A DNA stretch of 52,885 bases, counting the filler, from Catajapyx aquilonaris (Eukaryota): the NCBI GenBank assembly GCA_000934665.2. It is 2 parts of 2 records of this genome, joined end to end, with 100 filler letters (N's around TTAATTAATTAA, not from the genome) between each part and the next. Parts side by side here need not be neighbours in the genome. Positions count along the whole stretch, not along the records: positions 26,520 to 52,885 come from JYFJ02005217.1; 1 more part is not named here. The stretch is one strand, 5' to 3'. Of the stretch, positions 41,601 through 50,354 are shown piece after piece. How positions within the stretch are numbered: position 1 is the first letter of the stretch; the number at the start of each line of letters is the position of its first letter. The position numbers and the translations under genes are program-made. The notes under the pieces were generated by a model. It was not told the DNA's origin. It worked only from the letters and a program-made list of their open reading frames with translations, and made no database searches.

Positions 41601-44600
41601 AAAAAGGTAGGTTGAGTGACTTTAAAGAGTTCTTACCAATCAATATTAGATGCTGGCATGAACGTGTAACAGATGCCACTATATGGGACTCCAGGACCTC
41701 AGCAGCCTCTTCCACAATCACTGGAACAGAGCAAAAAAATAGTTAAAACAGAGTAAGGCAACCTTCATTATGAACACATACCAATGGGGCATCCCACACT
41801 TTTCATTACTTCATTGTACTTGGCTGCTCCAGTAGTGGTCATCCCAATTACCTGAGCCCTCCCCAGTATGCCAGCATTTTCTATTGAGCGCTGCTCATTA
41901 AGCCTGCCAACAGCTTCTTTGTAATGTGCTTGTATCTCTTCTAGCTTACGATCCCACCTTGCCATCAAGTCAGCTCTCCAGCAAGCATAAAGATTCAACC
42001 TCTCACGTGGTGGAAGATGCCACATGTCCTCTACTTGCTGAAGGTGCTTGTTAGCACTGACATCAACCTGAGACAAATAATCAAGGACTGCCTTCAGGTG
42101 GGCTCCTTGTTCATTAAGAGTGGCTAATCTTGCATGAAGTGGCCAGGCTATATCCTCAACATAATGGTGTTTGGCTTGAGCTTCCAGATTATCTAACTCA
42201 AACTGACATTTCTGGATCTCATGGTTAATGGTGCCTGAAGACAGGCCAAAAACCTGTCCGATGTACTTCGGAATGTTCACCAGGGCCTTCAGATCATCTG
42301 GTAGGTCATCCTCTTCTTCAAAATCCCAGTCATTATCATGGTCTTCTTCAGCATCAAAGAACTCTTCTTCATTTTCTAAATATTCATCCATGTTGTGATC
42401 ATCGCCCAAAGCAGGTTCTATGTTTCCCTCTCCTTGATCAATCACCTCCTCAATGGGCACATTCCAATCAGGGTTGTAGTGATTCTCCAGGTTTAATCCC
42501 AGCCAGTAAATGATGAGATTATCTCGATGCTTTTCTTCAACAGGATACAACTTTAGGTACCGCTGCTGCTCACTGTTCAAAATCCCATTCTCCATAAACA
42601 AATTCTCATGAATGATACCATGACCACCTTTCACATTATCCACAATCTTCTTGGTCTCTTCATACTCTTCTTTAATCCCATAGCATTTGTGCTTGATTAG
42701 TGCTTCATTTTTATAGGAATCTATTGCCCTGAGTCTTTGCTGGCTCAATTTTTGTCGCAACTTCACCAGATTATACTCATCGACAACTTCATTTTTTGAT
42801 CGGCTACCAATTCGTACAACAGACTTTGTATACCCAAGAATTCCCTCTAAAAACTGATCCAGGGCATGGTTTGTGTAACAAACGACCAGAATCGGTGAGT
42901 GTGGATTAATCTCTTGCTTCCACACTTCTGAGTTGTGCAACAGGATCTGGACTAGCTTTAGTCCTAGGTATGTTTTACCTGTTCCTGGTGGACCTTGAAT
43001 GACCACAAATTTTTGAGTCAGTCCAGACATCAGAGCGGAGTGCTGTGACTGGTCCAAATGCATTTGCTCTGGTGTAGGCCATGATTCTCGTTGGTTAAGG
43101 GCAACACTCCTCAGCACAGGATCTACAGGAATGTACGTCAACGGTTCTTCAGCTTCATCATCAGACATATCTTGAATTATAAACTTCTCCCAGGACTTGT
43201 CAGCATCATTTTTCTTTTTCTTTATTCTCTCCTTGAGGAACTCTGCCTGAAAAACATGCAACACTGTGTGGTCCCTCAGTTTAGCATCAGACACAAGGCT
43301 GCTTAGGTTGTACATTGGTTCAATCCCTGCCATTTCCTGCAGATCCAAGTATGTTGGAAGAGCAACCTTTTTTGAGGCTTCCACAATGTACTCCTGCATG
43401 GGGAAGTTCCTCTCAGTTGTTGTTTTCAGTGCTTCCAGAAAGTGCCGGTAGGCCTCAAAGTATACCTCAGCTTCTATCATGGTAAAAGTACCCTTCAGGT
43501 CACCACGGTTGTGATCCATCTCCATTCTTACAGACACTCTGCCATTTTCCAGTTCCTTCACATCACGTTTCACAACAGTTCCAATCAAGACACTTGCGAA
43601 CATGTCACTTGTGAAACACAAAAGGGTGCCACTTGTCAACCTCTTCGAATGTTCCCATTTGAGTTTCGAAAATGGCTTCTCATCAAATTGAAAGCAATGA
43701 ATGAGATCATCATTGGTCATTTTGCACTCTATCCAATGCACCTTCTCGTACACCTTGACATTGTTGAAACGTTTAGGTTTTCCTTTTTTTTTTTCTTGTG
43801 TCCCAAAATGCAGAAGATATTCCTGTATCCCTTCTCTAAGAGGACCTAGAAAGTCCTCCCTCAAGAGCCGGAACTGCACATCTAAATAATGTTCCACATC
43901 TGAATATGCCCCTTTAATAATGTTCGGTCTCAAGAAAGGCTTCATAGGGCTCAATATATCTCCTGGCAATGGGACTACACTCAGATTTCGAAAGTCATCA
44001 GGTGGCTTCATCATGCTCAGACGTTCAATCTTTGCTCTACTGTACCGTACCTTGGTCATGTTATCAGCTGCCTCATCAAGCCTGCGTTTCAGAGCTTCAA
44101 AATCTGAAACCAGCTGCGGTGCAAGTTGCACATTTTTCAGCATGAGAGGAGCTGCAATTATGAGGGTGCAGCAAGCATTAACATTGTTTTGCAACTTTTC
44201 ACATGCTACATTTGGCGTATTTTGCATAATGTACTCATAGAAAGTTCTTATGTGGTACAAAAAGTCCGGAATTTTTGCCTTGCGTTCTGCATCCCTCTCC
44301 TGCATGTGCCTCCTCTTGTCATTTTCAATCTGCATAAGTTTCATAGTGAAGTTTTCCAGGACCTCCAGAAATCTGTTGCTAGTGGACATAGCCACTACGT
44401 GTTGAATACTCAATTGATGCAGTTCATGGCGACATACTTTATCCAAGATGCCAGCCACAAGAAACATTCTGTCATCCTTATCACTAATCTCTCTATTGAC
44501 AAGATCTTCATATCCATTATGATCATTGGTGAGAAATACTATTATCTTAGATGTATCTTCTTGGGATAATTCCTGCAACTTCATATACCCTAGGCGGTAG

Positions 44601-45115
44601 TGTCTCTCACTATTTGAGCTCTGGCTTCCCCTTTGCCTATTAGATCTTGGTCTTGCTCTGCCACAACTATCAGCATGCCGCCCATCTTCATGATAATTCT
44701 CATTAAAATGTGGCTCTTGATGTGCATTGTAATTCCCACCATAATTGGCACGATAAGTTGTGTGTGCTGGTGGAGGGGCCATATCTACGTTGCTTCCTCC
44801 CCTTGGCCAGTTATTCCTGGGTCTAGCCCCACCAAAATCTTGCCTTCCACCTCTTCCTTCATGATGCCCATAACCTCGGTAACCCATTCTACCAGGCAAA
44901 GGTATCCCACCACCCTCATATTGGTGAGGTGGAGGAGGAGCCACATTCCTATGTTGTTGACCCCCATGACGTGGCCTTCCTCCTCTACCTGATGAATCCA
45001 TTCCTAGTGGTGTCTGGCACCTTAACCTCTTGGAGGGAATCACCACATCATCTGCAGCACTGGACGCTTCTTCTCTCAACTTATTCTTGACTTTTTTTTG
45101 TGCTTGTCTCCTCAT
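32314..45115 (-). CDS. ZNFX1: NFX1-type zinc finger-containing protein 1 (SF1 RNA helicase, NF-X1 fingers, RZ finger); 12 coding exons, 6588 nt, about 2195 aa
   Basis: Exons 45115-41782, 41720-41637, 41184-40913, 39955-39812, 39703-38922, 38866-38617, 38561-38330, 36258-36093, 36019-35908, 34352-33875, 33655-33238, 32629-32314, all GT-AG and phase-consistent. Motifs: HYLDVQFRLLREDF, GPPGTGKT, VEEAAE, GDHQQLRP, VDNFQGEE, VALSRAK, repeated CGHxC fingers, GHWFKCPNGH...CGGAM...C..C...IGG..H. Confidence 0.96.
33238..33655 (-). CDS. ZNFX1: ZNFX1 coding exon 11 (helical/coiled-coil)
   Basis: Phase 1 to phase 2 fit; SEQEVGDFHHELTR. Confidence 0.85.
33875..34352 (-). CDS. ZNFX1: ZNFX1 coding exon 10
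   Basis: ERCMWQCPH...CGEPCPPFCREC...LQDCKH...CPRCKT. Confidence 0.92.
35183..35646. mobile_element. PIF/Harbinger-like MITE in a ZNFX1 intron
   Basis: TIR GGAGTATTCGGCAATTCAG / CTGAATTGCCAAATACGCC; flanks TTA / TAA. Confidence 0.75.
35314..35456. mobile_element. hAT-like MITE nested in the previous element
   Basis: CAGTGATGCAAA...TTGGCAACACTG; 8-bp TSD CTGCATCC / CTGCATCA; internal CGGGTA repeats. Confidence 0.75.
35908..36019 (-). CDS. ZNFX1: ZNFX1 coding exon 9
   Basis: CGVPCSKNCPPCKKACQYKCSHSKCKKWCGEPCTKCQ, in a frame other than the ORF track's. Confidence 0.9.
36093..36258 (-). CDS. ZNFX1: ZNFX1 coding exon 8
   Basis: CGHRCSGTCGECMQGRIH; ttacAG / GTATGT. Confidence 0.9.
36409..36570. 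mobile_element. Young foldback Tc1/mariner-type MITE (162 bp)
   Basis: About 65-bp perfect inverted arms starting CAGTACTGGCCAATAATCG; TA TSD. Confidence 0.88.
37601..37835 (+). mobile_element. tRNA-derived SINE, family C (3'-truncated)
   Basis: GGGGAGATGAAGTGGCGCTACGGTAAC...GGTTCAATCCC; homologous to 47461-47789. Confidence 0.82.
38330..38561 (-). CDS. ZNFX1: ZNFX1 coding exon 7 (NF-X1 fingers)
   Basis: CGHPCDKRCFEPCGPC; donor GTGAGA. Confidence 0.9.
38617..38866 (-). CDS. ZNFX1: ZNFX1 coding exon 6 (NF-X1 fingers)
   Basis: CRKSC...CGHPCRLVCAEPCGNCQ; tttcAG / GTGATT. Confidence 0.9.
38922..39703 (-). CDS. ZNFX1: ZNFX1 coding exon 5 (helicase motifs V/VI, start of zinc fingers)
   Basis: VDNFQGEE, NRICVALSRAK, CGHRC repeats. 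Confidence 0.95.
39812..39955 (-). CDS. ZNFX1: ZNFX1 coding exon 4
   Basis: SKSNLHEAEFL...ITLLTTYTGQ; 144 nt, phase 0 at both ends. Confidence 0.93.
40913..41184 (-). CDS. ZNFX1: ZNFX1 coding exon 3
   Basis: GDHQQLRP...SLFERM...QHRMRPEI; ttacAG / GTAAGT. Confidence 0.95.
41392..41600 (+). mobile_element. 5'-truncated SINE, family B
   Basis: CCTCTGCTTGGCCGGGTC...GCAGAATTGCACTCCCTACTCTGCCC is near-identical to the copy at 24.6 kb. Confidence 0.85.
41637..41720 (-). CDS. ZNFX1: ZNFX1 coding exon 2 (Walker B)
   Basis: VIVEEAAEVLESHIVASVTRSCQHLILIG; ttccAG / GTAAG; absent from the ORF track. Confidence 0.93.
41782..45115 (-). CDS. ZNFX1: ZNFX1 coding exon 1 (RG-rich N-terminus, helical region, helicase N-half)
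   Basis: 3334-nt open exon; acceptor CAG at 45125-45123; donor GTATGT at 41781; Walker A GPPGTGKT. Confidence 0.95.
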
Positions 45116-45277
45116 GCAGTAGCTGATAAGGGGTGAAAGATTGACTTATAATGCAGGCAAGCTTAACCCATGTGTCATAATTGTGCAAGATGAGTGAATG
45201 ACAACATGACATGCAACATTTTTATACAGCGTTAAGGCAAAGATTTATCATCCCAGTGTTGAATATCTGTTTGTGTG

Positions 45278-45567
45278 ACCGAAGCAGTAGTGGTGTAGTG
45301 GTATGGTGCTAATCGGGAGGTCCTGGGTTCGAATCCCGGAGACCGCCGACTCTGATCATGGTTTTCTGTGGTTTCCCATGGTCATCGCAGGATAATTCTG
45401 GGGTCGTTACTGTAATTATAGGCCACAGCCGCTTCCTTCCTTACCTATCCTTGCCTCAATTCCGATGAAAAAGTATAGTAAAAATGGAAAGAGTTCCAGA
45501 CAAAAAATTGGGAAAAATCCCCCCCTAATAAAGCCTAAAGGGCTGATAATGGGGTATCAATTATTTT
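45278..45567 (+). mobile_element. tRNA-derived SINE, family D
   Basis: B box GGTTCGAATCCC; TSD TATCTGTTTGTGTG(AC) at 45264 and 45568; second copy at 48527-48654. Confidence 0.85.
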
Positions 45568-45670
45568 TATCTGTTTGTGTGACTGACTAAATTCTGTAAG
45601 TGTTCAGCTTTCAAGTTTTATTTCATACTCTCTGTAAATGTCAACAACTCTTTTACGTGTCATTTAATAA

Positions 45671-45924
45671 TAGATACCCCGTGATAGGCCTCCTTGGGCC
45701 ATTTAGGGGATCATCTTATAAATACCCGACGTTAATCACTGCCTGCGTTGTGGATTTTGATTGTGGGATAAAACAGGAGAACCCCAAGAAAACCCACGCG
45801 AACACGGAGAGAACCCATGGAAACTCTATCCACATAAGTATCCTCCATCTGACCCGGGGATCGAACTCGGGACCTTAGAGGTGGAAGGCTGCGGCGTTAA
45901 CCACTTGGCCACCGTGACGCCCTC
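45671..45924 (-). mobile_element. tRNA-derived SINE, family E, with a V-domain-like core
   Basis: A box GGTGGCCAAGTGG, B box AGTTCGATCCC; core GAGTTTCCATGGGTTCTCTCCGTGTTCGCGTGGGTTTTC; flanking direct repeat GTGTCATTT(A/C)ATAA. Confidence 0.8.
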
Positions 45925-45950
45925 ATGTGTCATTTCATAAGCAGCTCTCA

Positions 45951-46135
45951 AGGTGCGTTTACATGTGAGTGATTTGATTTTGTGATGCCATAGCCGAGCA
46001 ATGAATCCAATATTGTTTGCGGTGAAAGTAACAATCGATTTTCGCCTCAAACAATACTTGTTACTTTGGTTACGCAGCGATGTTACCGCTGGCAATGACA
46101 TCGCGTGATCTAATCGCTCACATGTAAATGCACCT
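45951..46135. mobile_element. PIF/Harbinger-like MITE
   Basis: TIR AGGTGCGTTTACATGTGAG / CTCACATGTAAATGCACCT; flanks TCA / TTA. Confidence 0.8.
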
Positions 46136-46189
46136 TTAATCATTCTGTTCATCCATATTCACATGAGCAAACCTCCAAAGTAGTAGATA

Positions 46190-46739
46190 CAGTAGAACCC
46201 CGATTATCTGACTACTCGGTTTATCCGACTGTCCCACTCCAGCAATAAATCTGTTTTCTCATCAAATACTGTAATGCAGGGCTACGAAGCATTAGTTGGG
46301 TATTGCCTTAGTTAAATTGATTATAAATACAGTGCAGCAGAGTGTGTATGTAAAAGACAAATACTGTCGTACTTCACTATTTCAGGGGTCGAATTTTAAA
46401 ATTTTTGTTCAGATGCAAAGTTTGCATTCCAGACTTTTATCTTGGAGTGCTTAATTTTTAATTACTCGGAATTGCCATGTTTAAAAGCATGACCAACTGG
46501 AATGCAAACTTTGCACTCCAAGGCTCAGTTTGGAGTGCAGATGACAATTTTGGAGTGCAAATTGCACCTTTGCATACAAATATTTCTTAGAAAACCATAC
46601 TATTGTACATTATTTCGGGTTTTTATGTTTTTATTGCCTTCCATTCAAGCTTCATTTGATCCTCGGATTATCCAACCTTTTTGGTTATACGACGATTCCC
46701 CAGTCCCGTGGGTGACGGATAATAATTGTGGTTCTACTG
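46190..46739. mobile_element. pogo/Tigger-like (Tc1/mariner) MITE with a nested hAT-like MITE at 46383-46599
   Basis: TA-CAGTAGAACCCCGATTATC...GTGGTTCTACTG-TA; the inner element is an inverted homolog of 22512-22749 with flanks CTATTT / CTATTG. Confidence 0.82.
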
Positions 46740-46962
46740 TACCAACAACATTTCCCTCTATGGCCATATTGCCATCTTCGTCTGTGTATAAACAAACCCC
46801 AGTTTCACTGCAGCTTAGATCCACAAGAAAAATACATGGTTTCGAAATCGGATCTGAATATACTTGATGAGCTGAGTCAAAAATACTACTTTTACAGTGC
46901 ACAATCATTTCTTTCAGAGGTTTTTCAAAATTAACCATTTCATTTATAAATATTACTGATAT

Positions 46963-47333
46963 GGGGAGGTGTGGTGGCCGAGATGGAAACATCTTGGCTT
47001 GCTGAGTGAAAGGTCCCAGGTTCGATCCCCGCCTGAGAGCTACCTTTCGTCTGCATCAGGAAGGTCTCTCACCTGCACCTTGGAGGTGTCCGGCAACCTA
47101 ACCTCCTGGGGGACTCCACATGGCCCAACGCTTGACATTGCACTTGCACCCATGTGCCCTCCCCAACAATCCTACCCTTTCCCAATGTCCCTGTTTCCTT
47201 GCACCGGAGAAAGAAGCTGGAAAAATATAGAAAACTGATGGTGGTGTGCCGCACCCCTAGAGATCCCGTACGGGACATCACAGGGTAAAAATATTTAAAA
47301 AAATTAAAAATTAAAGAAATTTTTTAAACACCC
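46963..47333 (+). mobile_element. SINE family A copy
   Basis: GGGGAGGTGTGGTGGCCGAGATGG...GGTTCGATCCCCGCC; A-rich tail; possible TSD CTGATAT. Confidence 0.88.
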
Positions 47334-47460
47334 CTGATATTAGGCTATTATTAACTACCTACCAGTGTGCCTGAAGTATAAAACCAGAAAGACCTGTGAC
47401 CAGCGAGCTATTGAACAAATCAAAGGAATAAATGAATTTGCTTGAACACTCATAATAGAC

Positions 47461-47789
47461 TTTTTTTTTTCCATTACCCCATTGGGAGTTACATCTCCTT
47501 TAGGGGAGTGGAATACCACCATCTGGGTGGAACCGGTATACTAAGATAGTATTTAGTTTGTTCCAAGGGTAGGTGGGAGGGGATGTGCAAAGTGCAAGTG
47601 CAATGTCTCTAATCGTCATTTTGTGAACTCCCCCGGGTGGCTTAGTCTATCAGTAATTGCCACCCGAAACGAAGCCAGAGATGGCCCAACTCTGCACGGA
47701 TAAAGGTGGGAACCCCGGGTGGGGATCTAACCCGGGACCTTAATATTCGTGGGCGCGTATGTTACCGCAGCGACACTTCATCTCCCCTT
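47461..47789 (-). mobile_element. SINE family C, full-length copy
   Basis: Poly-A tail (T run at 47461); TSD CACTCATAATA(G/A)AC at 47447 and 47790. Confidence 0.87.
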
Positions 47790-48069
47790 CACTCATAATA
47801 AACTTCTAGGGGTTCCCTTTTCAAAGCAGGCTGACAATGGGATTGGTCACACTCTATGCACTGTGCAACAGAACTTGCATATTCTCATAGCCCTGTACAT
47901 TTGCCCATTTTTCACCGTAACATCATTTCAGTACAGTACGAGAAGCATTCCAAAAATTTTTACGGCGATCAAAATTATGGAAATCCACCTCAGTTATTGT
48001 GGCATGCCGGACACCCCTTGGTTATACCGGCATGTTGGTTGACCTCATTTTATACCAGCATGCCACTTT

Positions 48070-48408
48070 TTGTTTTTTATTTATTTATTTACTTATTTAT
48101 TTCACCCTGTGATACAACTGTAAGCTGTTATAGGGGGGTGGCATACCACCATCGGTTTTCTAGTATTTCATACTTTTTCTTCGTTCTCCGTACATGGAAG
48201 CAAGGAAATGGGGTAACGATAGGGATTTTTGGGGAGGGGACACAGGTGCAAGTGCAATGTCGGAAAATGGGTCATGTGCAGTCCCTCAGAAGGCTAGGTT
48301 GCCAAGACGCCTGGGTCTAGACCCACTAACGCAGGCGGAAGGGAAATCCCGGGCGGGGATCGAACCCGGGACCTTTCGCTCAGCAATCTCGGCCACCATG
48401 CCTTCCCC
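48070..48408 (-). mobile_element. SINE family A copy
   Basis: B box GGTTCGATCCC; (AAAT)n tail; TSD ATGCCACTTT at 48060 and 48409. Confidence 0.88.
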
Positions 48409-48526
48409 ATGCCACTTTATGTGAGGTAATATGATATGAGTGGGCAAATGTCTTGAGCCATCAAATCATGTGGAACATAAAGTACTGAGAGGAAGACCTT
48501 ACTCCTAGTGCTTTGAAACAGGGATT

Positions 48527-48654
48527 TAATTATCCTAGAAAGACCGTGGGAAACCACAGAAAACCACGGTCAGGGTTGCCGGCCCCGGGATTCGAACCCA
48601 GGACCTCCCGATTAGCAGTAGGACGCCTTATCCACTATGCCAACCTGCTTCGGT
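48527..48654 (-). mobile_element. SINE family D, 5' fragment
   Basis: ACCGAAGCAG...TAGTGGATAAGGCG...CTGCTAATCGGGAGGTCCTGGGTTCGAATCC. Confidence 0.8.
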
Positions 48655-48858
48655 AGTGGTAGTAGTACAGTGCTGGACAAATTAGCCGTCGCTGAATGTT
48701 TTTTTTTCCGTCGGCGACGGCGCTGCGTAACCTGGCAACCCCGTCCGGTGGGCCAATTCAAACATCAGCGTATGGAGAGTGCTTCCATTGTTGCCACTGT
48801 TTACAAATCGAGGGAGTGACGCGGACGACCCAGTGACGGGTCTCTTCTGCCTGCTTAC

Positions 48859-48975
48859 ACAGTATGTGCAGGGATGCGCAGGAGAAAACGGGAAAATAAT
48901 GATGTTAGAAGCAAACCACGTTGGGAAGATATTATCCCTGGACTCAAAGAAAGGTCTTCGTCCACAGCACACGAA
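48859..48975 (-). promoter_or_regulatory. Candidate ZNFX1 promoter and non-coding first exon
   Basis: CpG-rich patch with a GTAAGC donor at 48858, no ATG and a pyrimidine-rich start. The ZNFX1 ATG exon begins at an acceptor and so needs an upstream exon. Confidence 0.45.
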
Positions 48976-48980
48976 ATATA

Positions 48981-49145
48981 GGGGCCGTGCAGACGGGCCT
49001 AGCTTAGCCGCGGCTGGCCGTGGCTGCGACGGTTCACACCTAGCGGCCCCCTAGCAACGCCACGGCCAGGGCACGGGCCAACTTCCTGGAAGTTGGCCAG
49101 GGCCGGGGCCAGCCGCGGCCAAGCTTGGCCTGTCTGCACGGCCCC
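48981..49145. mobile_element. GC-rich PIF/Harbinger-like MITE (165 bp)
   Basis: TIR GGGGCCGTGCAGAC / GTCTGCACGGCCCC; 3-bp TSD ATA. Confidence 0.88.
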
Positions 49146-49347
49146 ATATTCCACCCCTGAGGAGGGGGTGTCAATTAATATCAGGGGTGTGATTGAAAGT
49201 GCGTCAACTGGCGGATTCTTTCAGTTTTTGTGTCTTTTCCGCGTACTTTGACACCTCGAAGACGAATGGAGACCATGCCCTGTATGTCAGACAGCACGTC
49301 AGTCTCGTAATTTGTCCCCAAAGATGTCATAATTATCTCAACATGGC

Positions 49348-49545
49348 TTCTGCTGTTCTGCATATAGGCCTACGAGTACGTGTCGTTCACGTCATATTCG
49401 CACCAGGAAGAGATACACGACTAACGCTTGTTGTAGGTGTTCATATTATTGTGTCCAATCCTGTACATGTCATGTTAGTCGTGTATCTCTTCCTGGTGCG
49501 AATATGACGCTAACGACACGTACTGGTATATGCAGAACAGCGGAA
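49348..49545. repeat. About 200-bp foldback (MITE-like hairpin)
   Basis: Arms CGTCATATTCGCACCAGGAAGAGATACACGACTAAC / GTTAGTCGTGTATCTCTTCCTGGTGCGAATATGACG, plus outer arms. Confidence 0.8.
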
Positions 49546-49797
49546 CCTCCACTCATGATGCAGTTCTCCATCGAAAAGCTTGAGAGGATAATTGAGGAAC
49601 CCCGTGTCGTAAAGATACCATGTCACTCTCAAGCAGTGGAAAGATGCGTGAAGGTGGTAACTGAAGCATCCGAGGCAGTTTACGGAAAGGAGGCAAGAGA
49701 TGGCTATATTAGGTCAGTATGTAAATCCCGTGACTTTATGGCTTCATTCAGAAGTAAGAAAGACTTTAATGTACCCAATGTACCATTTCCTAAATAA
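49537..49797 (+). pseudogene. C-terminal remnant of a DDE transposase (hAT/hATm-like)
   Basis: EPPL...IPCHSQAVERCVKVVTEAS..VYG..ARDGYIR, recalled as a recurrent arthropod transposase C-terminus; stop overlaps AATAAA; N-terminal part absent. Confidence 0.6.
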
Positions 49798-50354
49798 ACT
49801 GCACTCTGTACTTATGTAGCAGTGTATGACAGTGTATGTGCTTATCAACGGCGGCGGAACGTATTTCTATTTGGGGGGGGGCATGGGAGAAACTATTCTG
49901 TATTAATACACCCCCCCCCCCCGCTCGTTTTCAAAGCGTACATNAAACGGGAGGCATGAATGTTTTTTGGGGGAATTCGCGATTTTGACGAGCGTATATC
50001 TCTGAAACTATAACAGATACGTAAATAGTGAATAGAGACATTCTCATAGGGAATTTTACCAGCTTCAAATTTGTACATTACCACATTCTGGCTAGACCTA
50101 CCCGATTTCGAGATTTAACCTCCTCAGACCCGAAAGCGCTGTGTTTGATATACTTGCTCGAAATTTTGTGTATAGGCATAAAATGGCGCTGGGAACAAAG
50201 AACCATCCTACACATTTTTCAACATTCTGCACCATCTTTGAGTTAGAGGACTGTATTGCAGGTAATACATTGGGTCTTAAGACTTCTGAAATGAAATGTG
50301 GTATTGCTAGAAATACTAAACAACTTTCTTATCTCTACATTTCTCAACACTTTT

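Noticed and set aside
49847..49965. 3' terminus of the piggyBac element at TNAA 49943-49946
   Set aside because: Ambiguous base, no CCC-type terminus, and the partner end is outside the window.
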